Assembly (NCBI GenBank): GCA_963797555.1
Contig: CAWCPV010000003.1
Coordinates: 512,001 to 576,000 of the forward strand
DNA: 64,000 nucleotides
Origin: an uncultured Gammaproteobacteria bacterium
GTDB lineage: Bacteria; Pseudomonadota; Gammaproteobacteria; CAWCPV01
Reading direction: 5' to 3'
Below the pieces are notes generated by a model. The model saw only the letters and a list, made by a program, of their open reading frames with translations. It ran no database searches and was not told the DNA's origin. This document shows positions 52,187-61,850 of the stretch, one piece after another. The position numbers and the translations under genes are program-made. The first letter of the stretch is position 1; the number at the start of each line of letters is the position of its first letter.

Positions 52187-52253
52187 TGAGTCCCAGGGTC
52201 AAGTCTTACACCAATGCATTGCACCAAGCCCACGCCGCCGACCAGCCGATTGC

Positions 52254-52679
52254 TCAATCTTCACCCCAGGGGTCGTACAGATGTACAGGAAAGTGCGCGA
52301 AATCACGGACGTTTCGTGTCACCAACGTGAGATTGTGGCGGATGGCGGTGGCCGCGATGAGGCTATCCACGACCGGTACCGGGGTTCCCTTTTGCTGGCC
52401 CTGTCCCTGCAACATGCCCCACTCCAGCGCGACATCCGTGTCTACATCGAGCACCCGGCCGGCGAACCGCGCCCGCAGATCGTTTTCCAGCCATGCCTGC
52501 AGCTTTCGTTTGCGTTCCCGATCAGCCAGCGCGGCAATGCCCTTCTGAATCTCTCCCAATGCAATCACCGACAGGTACAGGCGCGACTCCGATACCTCGC
52601 CCAGCCACCCGGCTACCCCGCGGTCGGCATTACGCTTCCTCGCCTCCGACAGTACGCACGTGTCGAGCAGGTAGTTCAT
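52254..52679 (-). CDS. vapC: VapC PIN toxin
   Basis: YLLDTCVLSE, SVIALGEI, DSLIAATA...LVTRNVRDF. Confidence 0.95.
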   Translation of the reverse strand: MNYLLDTCVLSEARKRNADRGVAGWLGEVSESRLYLSVIALGEIQKGIAALADRERKRKLQAWLENDLRARFAGRVLDVDTDVALEWGMLQGQGQQKGTPVPVVDSLIAATAIRHNLTLVTRNVRDFAHFPVHLYDPWGED

Positions 52680-52921
52680 AGCTCGACTTCGCGCCCGGTG
52701 TCCTGGTTGCGACGCAAGTCAAGCTCCACATCGGCCCAGGGAGAGTCTTGCAGGAACTCGATCAGCGAGCCCTGTCTGCCGGTCAGCTTGCGGTATTCTT
52801 CGGCCGAGAGCACCACGGCCGCCTCCTCGCCGCGGACTGTGATGACCTGCGGACCCGAGCGCTGCGCCTCCTGAACCACTTGACTGAGCTTGTTCTTCGC
52901 TTCCTGAAGCTGCCACTCCAT
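52676..52921 (-). CDS. Phd/YefM antitoxin
   Basis: WQLQEAKNKLSQVV...GPQVITVRG. Confidence 0.93.
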   Translation of the reverse strand: MEWQLQEAKNKLSQVVQEAQRSGPQVITVRGEEAAVVLSAEEYRKLTGRQGSLIEFLQDSPWADVELDLRRNQDTGREVEL

Positions 52922-53119
52922 TAGGCGTCTCCTGGCTAGACGGTCTAGCTACTGTAGCATAGGGCTAACGGTGTAGGACACCAGGGCCCCGACAGGTATT
53001 GGGTTCCAGGTGGCGTGCAGGTGATCGGGCAACCCGACAACGGCGTCGATGCGGAACGGGCGGTTGCGCCCTACCTCCCGCACGCATCGCCGGAGCACAA
53101 ATAATCCCCCGTCCTGGTA

Positions 53120-53968
53120 TCACTCCGAGCCACCGGGATCGGTCCCTCGGACGGCCAGCATTTCCTTCGCGGGCGAGCGGTCCCCCGTGCAACTGATCAT
53201 CCGGGGCGCATCGAGCAGAATTAGGTGAAATCCGAGGTCCCCGTACAGCTCCAGGATGCGGCTGGTGGCCTGGTTGGAAGCGACCACGGGACCTGGATGT
53301 CTTGCGAGCCACTCGGCCAGCCTTTCCTGATCCGGCCACTCGAAGCCGTCCTTCGCGTACTGTCGAAACTGCACGTCGTAGGGAGGATCGGCGTAGATGA
53401 AGTCGTCCGGCTGCACGGGCAGGTCCGCGAAGTCGCCCGCAGTCAGATACCAGTTACGCAGAACTTTCTTGTAAGCAGCGAAGTCCCGGACGTAATTGAT
53501 ACTCTTGTAGCGACCGAACGGGACGTTGAACTCGCCGCTGCGGTTGAAGCGGCACAGTCCGTTGTAGCCGGTGCGGTTGAGGTAATAGAAGAATTCCGCC
53601 GCTTCCTGCGTCGCATCGTGACCGGACGTCACGAGCCGGTTGAACTCGGCCCGGTGCTTGTAATAAAGCTTCTCGTCGTTGTGCATGGGAATGGCCGCAC
53701 GAAGCCCCTTCTGCAGCCACCCGTAGAAGTTGATCAGGTGGGGATTGGCGTCGCTGAGGAGCGCCCGCTCCGGCTGAAGCCCGAGGGCGACCGCCAGTCC
53801 GCCGCAGAACGGTTCCACCAGCCGCCGGTCCTTGAAACGGTCCCAAATGGGCTGGAGGTGCGGCAGGAGCCAGCGTTTCCCGCCCGCCCACTTGAGGGGC
53901 GGGGTCAGGGGAGCCGGGGTGTCGCGGTCCGGTGAGGTTGTGAAGGCTTCGAACGCGAGCTGTTGCAT
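53120..53968 (-). CDS. dam: Dam-family adenine methyltransferase
   Basis: LKWAGGK, EPFCGG, YNGLCRFNRSGEFNVPFG, YADPPY. Confidence 0.88.
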   Translation of the reverse strand: MQQLAFEAFTTSPDRDTPAPLTPPLKWAGGKRWLLPHLQPIWDRFKDRRLVEPFCGGLAVALGLQPERALLSDANPHLINFYGWLQKGLRAAIPMHNDEKLYYKHRAEFNRLVTSGHDATQEAAEFFYYLNRTGYNGLCRFNRSGEFNVPFGRYKSINYVRDFAAYKKVLRNWYLTAGDFADLPVQPDDFIYADPPYDVQFRQYAKDGFEWPDQERLAEWLARHPGPVVASNQATSRILELYGDLGFHLILLDAPRMISCTGDRSPAKEMLAVRGTDPGGSE

Positions 53969-54200
53969 GGGTTATCCGTCGTAACGTTTCACGGTGGACT
54001 GGTATCCCGAAAGTGGCGCGGGTTGGCGTCGCGGACCTTCCAGCGGATAGGCGGACGGCGGCGGGACCACGCGCCTTTCACCCCCATCCCCGCCTTCCCC
54101 CTTCCAGGAGGAAGGAGTTGGCCGACCCACATGACGGCTCACTTGCACTTGCGCTCGCCGCAGATCAGGCGTGTCAGACACCGGTCGATCAGCCGGAGCG

Positions 54201-54389
54201 TCACCTGACCGCAGGGACACCAAGGTCCCTGCATATTTTGCGAGCCAAGTCATCATCGATTTCGGTGTGGCGCGGGACTGCCGAACGCTTGTTCTGGCCA
54301 GCGTTGTACCACCACGAATGACGAGCGCCCTCGCGCAACAACTCACAGCCATTGGCGCGCAGGTGGCGCAGCAGATCGCCGCGCTTCAT
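54201..54389 (-). CDS. hicA: HicA-family toxin
   Basis: LLREGARHSWW...VPRHTEI...ICRDLG. Confidence 0.9.
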   Translation of the reverse strand: MKRGDLLRHLRANGCELLREGARHSWWYNAGQNKRSAVPRHTEIDDDLARKICRDLGVPAVR

Positions 54390-54598
54390 AAGGTGATGAG
54401 TTCTTCATCGAATTCGTCTCCGGCGGCTTCGAGAGCATCGCGTCTGTTTAACTCCAAAGCTTCCCGCAGCGTAACTCGCAACGTTTCGAGCAACGCCTCC
54501 TTCGAGGCTTCTTGACAGTTGACGCCCGGAATTTCTTCGATCCAGCCGATCCACCAATCGCCGGACCTCTTCACCACTGCCGTATACGCATCCTTCAT
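54386..54598 (-). CDS. hicB: HicB-family antitoxin
   Basis: WWIGWIEEIPGVNCQ...LREALE. Confidence 0.9.
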   Translation of the reverse strand: MKDAYTAVVKRSGDWWIGWIEEIPGVNCQEASKEALLETLRVTLREALELNRRDALEAAGDEFDEELITL

Positions 54599-54668
54599 AT
54601 GCAGCACTCCTCGGCGTCCTAAGTCGCGCACTGTCGGCGCCCAGCCGGCGCCACTCGGCAGGCGGGTC

Positions 54669-55361
54669 TCACCCGCACTTGCTCTCCCCGCAGTTCAGGC
54701 AGGTCAGGCATCCATCCAGCAGGATGACGGCCTTGGTCTGGCACTTGCCGCAGAGCTGGGCGTCCTCGGGCAAGCCCTCGGCCTGGCCGGTGCGGGCGGC
54801 ATACTTGGCGCGCTTTTCCTCGATGAGGGCCTTGCGGTGCTCGTCCATCCCCTCGTCCTTGAGCAGGCCGATGCTCCGCAGGTGCTGCTCGATGACGTCG
54901 CCAATCTCGCCGACCAGAGACGGGATGTACTTGCCGCCCTTCTTGAAGTAGCCGCCGCGCGGGTCGAACACGGACCGGAGCTCCTCAACCAGGAAGGTCA
55001 CGTCGCCGCCCTTCCGGAACACGGCGGACATGATGCGCGTGAGGGCCACTATCCACTGGAAGTGGTCCATGTTCTTCGAGTTGATGAAGATCTCGAAGGG
55101 CCGCCTCAGCTCGTGCTCGGTACCCGCGTTGAGCACGATGTCATTGATGGTGACGTAGAGGGCGTGATCGGAGAGCGGCGTCTTGATCTTGTACGTGGTC
55201 CCGCGCAGCACCTCGGGGCGCTGGATGGACTCGTGCATGTGCAAGACTTCGGCGCCATTCTCCGCGTTCGCCTGGGGCGATCCCGGCTGGGCGGAGTCGG
55301 GGACAGCCTCTTCCTTGACCACTTTGTAGTCGACGATTTTCCGGTCGATTCGGATAGGCAT
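54669..55361 (-). CDS. nrdJb: Class II ribonucleotide reductase small part (TSCPD domain)
   Basis: RPEVLRGTTYKIKTP, RPFEIFINSK, SAVFRKGG, C-terminal CGKC...CLNCGESKCG. Confidence 0.92.
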   Translation of the reverse strand: MPIRIDRKIVDYKVVKEEAVPDSAQPGSPQANAENGAEVLHMHESIQRPEVLRGTTYKIKTPLSDHALYVTINDIVLNAGTEHELRRPFEIFINSKNMDHFQWIVALTRIMSAVFRKGGDVTFLVEELRSVFDPRGGYFKKGGKYIPSLVGEIGDVIEQHLRSIGLLKDEGMDEHRKALIEEKRAKYAARTGQAEGLPEDAQLCGKCQTKAVILLDGCLTCLNCGESKCG

Positions 55362-55384
55362 AACCTTACTCCTGTTCAGCACCT

Positions 55385-55416
55385 TGTTGGGTTCCGCTTC
55401 GCTCCACCCAACCTAC
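55385..55416 (-). repeat. REP-like palindrome between nrdJ and nrdJb
   Basis: Reverse complement GTAGGTTGGGTGGAGCGAAGCGGAACCCAAC. Confidence 0.7.
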
Positions 55417-55421
55417 GTTAC

Positions 55422-58400
55422 TTAGAACTTACCGTAATATCCTTCCTTGATGGCGTCGAATAAGTTGGCCGCGGTGTGCACCTCGCCGTCGTACTCGATC
55501 TCCTCGTTGCCCTTGGCCTCGACGATCGAGCCGTCGTCCAGAGTGAAGCGGTAGATGGTGTTCTCCAGGTCCTTCTCCTTGACGAGCACGCCCTGGAACG
55601 CCTCGGGGTTGAAGCGGAAGGTGGTGCAGCCCTTCAGCCCCTTCTCGTAGGCGTACAGGTAGATGCCCTTGAAGTCCTCGTAGGGGTAGTCCGTCGGGAC
55701 GTTCGCGGTCTTGGAGATGGAGGAGTCGATCCACTTCTGAGCCGCGGCCTGGATGTCCACGTGCTCCTCGGGCGTGATGTCCTCGGCGGTCACGAAGTAG
55801 TCCGGCAGACGCTCGTCCTCGCCGTCGGCCTGCGGCGACGCTCGGGGGCTCACCAGGTGACGATAGGCAAGCAGCTCGAAGGAGTACACGTCCACCTTCT
55901 CCTTGCTCTTCTTGCCCTCGCGGATCACGTTGCGGAAGTAGTGGTGCGCGAACGAGGGCTCGATGCCGTTGCTGGCGTTGTTGGCGAGCGACAGAGAGAT
56001 GGTCCCGGTAGGCGCGATGGAGCTGTGGTGGGTGAAGCGCGCACCCATCTCGGCCAGCGCGTCCACCAGCTCAGGCGCCACCTTCGCCACTTGCTGCATG
56101 TACCGGCTGTAGCGGGCGTGCAGCACTTTGCCCTTCACCTTGTCCCCGACCGTGTAGTCGTCGGCTGCCATCTCCGGGCGCTTGACGAGCATCTCCGGGG
56201 TGACCTCGAACTCCTCTTCCATGATGGGTGCCGGCCCCTTCTCGCGGGACAGCGCCAGAGCGCTCTCCCAGCCGACCAGGGCGAGCTCGCGGGTGACCTG
56301 CTCGGTAAGCTCCAGGGACTCGGGCGAGCCGTACTTCTGGCGCAGCATGGTCAGCGTGGAGCCGAGCCCCAGGTAGCCCATGCCGTGCCGGCGCTTGCGG
56401 TAGATCTCCTCGCGCTGTTTCTCCAGCGGCAGACCGTTGACCTCCACCACGTTGTCGAGCATGCGGGTGAAGACGGCCACCACCTCCCGGAACTCCTCCC
56501 AGTCGAAGCGAGCGCGGTCGGTGAACGGGTCGCGCACGAACTGGGTCAGGTTGACGGACCCGAGGAGACAGGCGCCGTACTCCGGAAGAGGCTGTTCGCC
56601 GCACTGCCCGGTGACGAGCCCGTTAAAGATGACCGTATTGTGGTCCGCCTGTGTCGTGTCGAAGACCGGTGCCTTGCCGGTGTACACGATGTTCGTCACG
56701 CGGGTCGTGAACCGCTGGGTCTTGCGCAGGATCTTGTCCTTGACCCATTCGCGGTATTTAGCGCTCTTGCCTTCGGCGAGAAAGCCGATTTCCTCCATGA
56801 AGTGCTCGCGGGACTCTCCATCGATGATGAGATCGTAATCGGCTCCGCAGGCGTAGCACTCCGCTCCACCCTTGCCGTCCGGCATCAGCCGCTCGCGGGC
56901 CTCGCGGCGCTTGCGGATGCGACAGAAGATGCCGAAGTTGGCGAGCAGCCTCTGAACATCTTTGAGCAGGGTCGGGTAGCTCGAAGCGAGGCGAATGGAG
57001 CAGCTTTCGCCGTTGCCGGAGATGTTCACGGTGCCGTCGGCCTGGAACAGGCCGCGCAGGTAGCTGCGTACGCACTCCTCGGTACCGCGCCAGATCACTT
57101 CCGGTACGCTGTGTTTGGTGGCGGCGGTGAACCCATAGTGATCGAGGAAACGCGCCAGCAGGACCGAGCGAATGAAGGCATGATTGCGCGCCGCCACCGC
57201 TACCGGTGAGACCTCATAATGACCAGGCGCCTGCGCCAGGCCGGCTATGAGGCTGTTGATATAGCTGGCCACGACCGGTGCAAGGGTACGGTCTTCATTC
57301 CAGAAGTTGACAATGGCTGCGTTTTCGCCGTGGCCGCGGTGGGTGAAGTGTCCGTCGCCCGTGATGAGACCGATGAGCATCCCAAGCTCGGCGCCGCCTT
57401 CAGTACCGAACTGACCCTTGCCGGACTGCACCAGCAGCTCGTCGTCCGGCTGGAGATCTTTGAGCTCGATCTTGCCGCGCGCGGTGTAGAAGTCATGCCA
57501 GGCGGTCGCCTTGATCTCGTAGCCGTCCGCGGTCTCAACGCGGTAGACATCGGCTTCGCGTGCCGTCATGAAGGCGGGCACAGCACGGCGAACCAAAGTG
57601 CCTTTATCGGTACCGCCCAGGGCCCGTTTGTCCACAGTGACCTCGAGCGGCGCACCGGCGGCATACAGCTCGCCGATGGGAATCAGGCCGTATTGAGTAT
57701 GCAGGCGCGTATCCGCCGTCACACACGGATTGGTGGCGCGGATGTTCTCGCACCACCAGTTGTTGTTCATTTCGTTGACCTTGTCGATGAGCACGAAGCC
57801 GGGCTCGGCGTAGTCGTAGGTCGACGACATGATAACGTCCCACAGCCTGCGGGCACGCAGGGTCTTGTAGACCTTGCAGGCTACCTTGCCGGCGTCGTTC
57901 ACGACGTAGCCTTCCTTCACCGGCCAGTCGCGCCAGACCACCTTTTCCGGGTCGGTCAGATCGACGCCGTCGGCCTCCACTTCCTGCCGCCTGAGCGGGA
58001 ACGCCAGCGACCACGCGGCGTCGTGCTTCACCGCCTCCATGAACTCCTCGGTGACCAGGAGCGAGAGGTTGAACTGGCGCAGGCGCCCGGACTCCCGCTT
58101 GGCGCGGATGAAGGACATCACGTCCGGGTGGCTCACGTCGAAGGTGCCCATCTGAGCGCCGCGGCGTCCCCCGGCGGAGGACACCGTGAAGCACATCTTG
58201 TCGTAGATATCCATGAAGGACAGCGGGCCGGAGGTGTAGGCCCCGGCGCCGGACACATAGGCCCCTCTCGGGCGCAGCGTCGAGAACTCGTAACCGATGC
58301 CGCAGTTGTGGAGCACCGAGAGTCCGCCGTTCCCGGCCAGATAATTGTTGTGCTCCTGCACGGTGAAGTCGTAGAAGGTCTCCGGCACATCCAGGCCGCG

Positions 58401-60026
58401 GCGAATGCCCTCCACCGGCCGCAGCGTACGCGCGAACCCGATGAGGTGCGCCAGATGCGGGAAGCGCACCTCCCACCGGTCCAGCCAGACCCGGCTGACG
58501 GCGTGCCGGCGGTGGTGGCCGTGAACGAACCCGAGCCGCTCGTGCTCCTCGTAACCGAGGGCTGCAGCTTCGCCCTGCAGCGCCTCCCCGAGCGCGCGCG
58601 GCAGAACGCAGGTATCAAAGCACCCCGCCGACGCGGCGCACTTCTGGATGCGGGCGCGCTTAGCATTGTCCGCCATGTACTGCCCCACGCGGGCAAGGAA
58701 CGCTGGGTCGCAGATGTTCACCTCTGCACCGCCGTCATCTCGGACCACCTGCCCCTGACGCACCGTGGAGCGGGCCGGCGAGGCGCCAATCACGGCACGG
58801 ACGCCGAACAGTCCCAGCAGTCCCCTCAGGTCCTCCGCGAAGCGCCGGCTCCGGACGCCGATGCTGACGCCGCCGTTCTCCCGGCTCACCGTCCCGTCGC
58901 GGTCCACCAGCCCCCCGAGGAAGGGCAGGAAGTACCGCTCCGGGTGCTCGGCGATCGACCGCGGGACTCGCTCCTCGCCCGTCTCTTGACCGACTCTATG
59001 GCCGATGGGGGGCGTCGCGGGGCTCGCTTCGAAACCGGCCGCGTTGCAGTCCCAGACCGGATGCCCGTGGGGCGTCGCAGCCACGGCGACGCGAGCCGGC
59101 GAGCCGAAGGAGGCGCGGCAGAAGGCGGCGCAGCGCCCCACTACCTCTCGTTCGGCGGCGCGGATCATGAAGATGAGCCGCTCACCGCGAACCCGCACAC
59201 GGTGGAGCCAATCCCGTGGCCATGTCGGCGACGAGTGGAGCTTTGCGGACGCGCTGCCAGCGCCCGCGTGGGCCCCGGCAAGCCAGGCATCCATCGCCCC
59301 GTCCTGTTCAGCGTCCCACGGCAACGAAAACTGAATCAGCGCATCGTCACTACGGACCTCGTCCGCCCGCGCGTAGACCAGCTCCCCTTCCCGGTACACC
59401 AGCACCGGGTGCCGCGCGGAGGTGGTGAGGGTAGAGCCATGGCAGCGGATCTCGATGTTCTCTTCCTGGGGCACGTGGGTGATGAGATGACGCAGGATGG
59501 GCCGCATCTCGAAACGCCTGCGCTCACGGTCGTAGCACAGAATGCGGGCGTGCCTCTCCTCCACCGCCCGGTCGGCCGTGACCAGACCGTGCTCGGTGAG
59601 CACCAGCGTCCCCGGGGCCACGCAGCCCGCCTTGAGGGTGAGCCCGGCCTCGTGCACCTTGCCCAGGATGTCGTCCATGGAGTCGTGGATGGTGCCCGAC
59701 ACCGTGCAGTTGATGGTGGAGGTGGCGGGCTTGTGGTCCCAGGCGCCGGCGTTGGAGATGATGCGTCCGGCCGGGATGGCCCCGCGGCGCAGCGCCCACA
59801 GAAAGCGCTCGTACCAGTGCTCGCGGGCCTCGGGCGCGGCCTCTACCTCTGACAGCGCGCGGGCGACCCGTTGGTACGTGTCGTCCATAGCCTGGTCGAT
59901 CGCGGTCCCGTCCTTCTGCTTCAGGCGGTACTTCTTGTCCCAAATGTCGAAGGACGCAGGCTGGTAGGGAACGTCACCGGCGCTGGTCACGGCAAGGTGC
60001 ACGGCCTTCAGATTGGTGTTTTTCAT
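55422..60026 (-). CDS. nrdJ: Adenosylcobalamin-dependent ribonucleotide reductase with two inteins
   Basis: PAGRIISNAG, STINCTVS, GGRRGAQM, NP|CGEQPL, CLLGSVNL, SIAPTGTIS, DSSISKT. Confidence 0.95.
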   Translation of the reverse strand: MKNTNLKAVHLAVTSAGDVPYQPASFDIWDKKYRLKQKDGTAIDQAMDDTYQRVARALSEVEAAPEAREHWYERFLWALRRGAIPAGRIISNAGAWDHKPATSTINCTVSGTIHDSMDDILGKVHEAGLTLKAGCVAPGTLVLTEHGLVTADRAVEERHARILCYDRERRRFEMRPILRHLITHVPQEENIEIRCHGSTLTTSARHPVLVYREGELVYARADEVRSDDALIQFSLPWDAEQDGAMDAWLAGAHAGAGSASAKLHSSPTWPRDWLHRVRVRGERLIFMIRAAEREVVGRCAAFCRASFGSPARVAVAATPHGHPVWDCNAAGFEASPATPPIGHRVGQETGEERVPRSIAEHPERYFLPFLGGLVDRDGTVSRENGGVSIGVRSRRFAEDLRGLLGLFGVRAVIGASPARSTVRQGQVVRDDGGAEVNICDPAFLARVGQYMADNAKRARIQKCAASAGCFDTCVLPRALGEALQGEAAALGYEEHERLGFVHGHHRRHAVSRVWLDRWEVRFPHLAHLIGFARTLRPVEGIRRGLDVPETFYDFTVQEHNNYLAGNGGLSVLHNCGIGYEFSTLRPRGAYVSGAGAYTSGPLSFMDIYDKMCFTVSSAGGRRGAQMGTFDVSHPDVMSFIRAKRESGRLRQFNLSLLVTEEFMEAVKHDAAWSLAFPLRRQEVEADGVDLTDPEKVVWRDWPVKEGYVVNDAGKVACKVYKTLRARRLWDVIMSSTYDYAEPGFVLIDKVNEMNNNWWCENIRATNPCVTADTRLHTQYGLIPIGELYAAGAPLEVTVDKRALGGTDKGTLVRRAVPAFMTAREADVYRVETADGYEIKATAWHDFYTARGKIELKDLQPDDELLVQSGKGQFGTEGGAELGMLIGLITGDGHFTHRGHGENAAIVNFWNEDRTLAPVVASYINSLIAGLAQAPGHYEVSPVAVAARNHAFIRSVLLARFLDHYGFTAATKHSVPEVIWRGTEECVRSYLRGLFQADGTVNISGNGESCSIRLASSYPTLLKDVQRLLANFGIFCRIRKRREARERLMPDGKGGAECYACGADYDLIIDGESREHFMEEIGFLAEGKSAKYREWVKDKILRKTQRFTTRVTNIVYTGKAPVFDTTQADHNTVIFNGLVTGQCGEQPLPEYGACLLGSVNLTQFVRDPFTDRARFDWEEFREVVAVFTRMLDNVVEVNGLPLEKQREEIYRKRRHGMGYLGLGSTLTMLRQKYGSPESLELTEQVTRELALVGWESALALSREKGPAPIMEEEFEVTPEMLVKRPEMAADDYTVGDKVKGKVLHARYSRYMQQVAKVAPELVDALAEMGARFTHHSSIAPTGTISLSLANNASNGIEPSFAHHYFRNVIREGKKSKEKVDVYSFELLAYRHLVSPRASPQADGEDERLPDYFVTAEDITPEEHVDIQAAAQKWIDSSISKTANVPTDYPYEDFKGIYLYAYEKGLKGCTTFRFNPEAFQGVLVKEKDLENTIYRFTLDDGSIVEAKGNEEIEYDGEVHTAANLFDAIKEGYYGKF
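56604..57725 (-). mobile_element. Intein 2 (374 aa, LAGLIDADG homing endonuclease, ends in Gln)
   Basis: TNP|CVTADT...LIGLITGDG...LRGLFQADG...FNGLVTGQ|CGEQ. Confidence 0.92.
58305..59624 (-). mobile_element. Intein 1 (440 aa, degenerate LAGLIDADG)
   Basis: KAG|CVAPGT...TSARHPV...FLGGLVDRDG...YDFTVQEHNNYLA...VLHN|CGIG. Confidence 0.92.
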
Positions 60027-60049
60027 GCTCTCCCCCTCCAGTGTGGCGA

Positions 60050-60097
60050 ACACAACATCTTGTGTTCGAGGAAGAGGATAGTGCCCACATCCTGTGG
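60050..60097. promoter_or_regulatory. Tandem NrdR boxes upstream of nrdJ
   Basis: ACACAACATCTTGTGT (60050-60065) and TGCCCACATCCTGTGG (60082-60097), 32 bp apart; match the acaCwAtATaTwGtg consensus. Confidence 0.82.
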
Positions 60098-60204
60098 ATG
60101 TCAAGGCGTGAGGACTGATATATTTTATGCGTACAATCAATCGGTTACAAACTTACCCAACCTTTTCAATAGGATATCAGAGGCGCCCGCAAATTCCTAT
60201 TCAT

Positions 60205-60220
60205 ACACAACATGTTGTGG
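60205..60220. promoter_or_regulatory. Third NrdR-box-like site
   Basis: ACACAACATGTTGTGG. Confidence 0.7.
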
Positions 60221-60287
60221 CAACAACCTGCACGCGCGTCGCCCGTTGCCGAGGCACGGACGCGCACTGCGACGGACGATCGGCGCC

Positions 60288-60896
60288 TCACCCGACCTCA
60301 TCCAGCACCCGCCTCCTAAAGCGCACGCCCAGAGCCTGGGCCAGGGCGGCGCAGGCTTCGACCTGCACCCCATCGAGGCCATCGATGGCCGTGGCGGTGA
60401 CCTCCGGCACGTAGCGGGGCGCCAATTCGAGAAACCTCAACATCGCCTCGTAAGAGCCCGCCAAGGTGGGCCGACAGTGCCGAGCATAGACTTCGGCTGA
60501 CTGGGCGTTCATGGACACCGAGAGGGCGTCCACGGCGCCCTGCATCTCGGGCAGAACATTACGCTTGTGCACTCGGTTCGCGAGTCCGTCGGTATTGAGC
60601 CGCACCCTCGCGCCGCGCGCCTTGACCTGGGCGGCCACCCGAAGCAAGAGCTTCAGGCGGAGCGTGGGCTCGCCGAAGCCGCAGAACACCACCTCGGGGT
60701 ATGGGCCCGCGCGGCCGATGGCCTCCATCACCTCGTCGAATGTCGGTCGGTGCTGCAGGGTGAGGTCATAACCGCGCACCTCGCGGCTGCCCCGGTGCTT
60801 GGGGCAGAAGGCGCACTGCAGGGTGCAGCGGTCCGTAATATTCAGATAGAGTCTCCCATTGATCGGATAAGCAATTGTCTGAGCAGAGTTATCCAT
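60288..60896 (-). CDS. TatD-associated radical SAM protein
   Basis: LYLNITDRCTLQCAFC, EVVFCGFGEPTLR, RLNTDG. Confidence 0.88.
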   Translation of the reverse strand: MDNSAQTIAYPINGRLYLNITDRCTLQCAFCPKHRGSREVRGYDLTLQHRPTFDEVMEAIGRAGPYPEVVFCGFGEPTLRLKLLLRVAAQVKARGARVRLNTDGLANRVHKRNVLPEMQGAVDALSVSMNAQSAEVYARHCRPTLAGSYEAMLRFLELAPRYVPEVTATAIDGLDGVQVEACAALAQALGVRFRRRVLDEVG

Positions 60897-60932
60897 CAGA
60901 CCGTCATCTCCTTACCGAAATCCGCGTAGAGG

Positions 60933-61673
60933 TTACCGCAACGCCCGCGTCACCAGGTCGTCGCTGCCGTTCAGGATGCGCTCGACCACCTCCAGCAGCT
61001 CCTGCTGACGCTGCGCTGTCGCCACGTGCAACAGGGCCCGCCACAGCGGGAAGACGTCGTCCTCCTCGCGTGCCTCGTGCTGTGCCATCGACCCGGACAG
61101 GAGGCCGACCCATGGCGCCACCTCCGCAGCCTGCGGAGACGACCCGGAGAAGTATCCGTCGAGGACATCGAGCTGCTGGAGGATCTGCTCGTGCTCCGTC
61201 AGCATGGTAACGAGCGATTGCTTGGCGCCGGGCTCGTCTATCTCCACCAGCTCGGGAGCCAGGACGTCGTTCTCGGCGTGGATGTGACGCCTCACGCCCA
61301 GGGCGAACAGCTCGTAAGGGGCACGGGCGGCGCGGCCTTCGCCTGCGTTCACTTTCTGCAGTGTATGGGCCAGCAAGCGATCCAGACGCTCATGGTCGCG
61401 CATCAGAAGGCCCGCCAGGCTCCCCGCTGCCACGTTTTCGCGTCGGCGCACCTTCAGCCGCCAGAGCGGCGGGCCCTGCTCCAGGATCTCCCAATCGATG
61501 CGTTGGCGCATCAGGGCGGACACGCTGTGCATCAGCGGGGTGGGCTCTTCGTCGCTGATCAGATCGAGCACCCGACCCGGTTGCAGGTCCTTCAGGTGAT
61601 AGAAGGCGAAGGTGCGTGCGGGCACGTCTTCCCGTTGACGCAGATCGACCCTCTCCGCGGAAGTGTCAGCCAG
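60933..61673 (-). CDS. DUF2249 plus hemerythrin-domain protein (start uncertain)
   Basis: WEILEQGPPLWR; DHERLD, RHIHAENDVL, EHEQI, HEAREE; GGAGG precedes CTG at 61673 (alternative GTG 61625). Confidence 0.78.
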   Translation of the reverse strand: MADTSAERVDLRQREDVPARTFAFYHLKDLQPGRVLDLISDEEPTPLMHSVSALMRQRIDWEILEQGPPLWRLKVRRRENVAAGSLAGLLMRDHERLDRLLAHTLQKVNAGEGRAARAPYELFALGVRRHIHAENDVLAPELVEIDEPGAKQSLVTMLTEHEQILQQLDVLDGYFSGSSPQAAEVAPWVGLLSGSMAQHEAREEDDVFPLWRALLHVATAQRQQELLEVVERILNGSDDLVTRALR

Positions 61674-61850
61674 AACGTCCTCCAGTGTGGTTGGAAAAGA
61701 GAAGCTTACGATTAGACTGCATCTTCAGCCAGAGGTGTCCGAAAGGACAAGGTTTTCTCGCCGCACCGCCCCGGGCGCCGGCGGCACATCAGTGTCGCCG
61801 CCGCGCAGCGCTTTTGCCTTACAATGTAATCAATTTCGCCGCCTCCCGCC

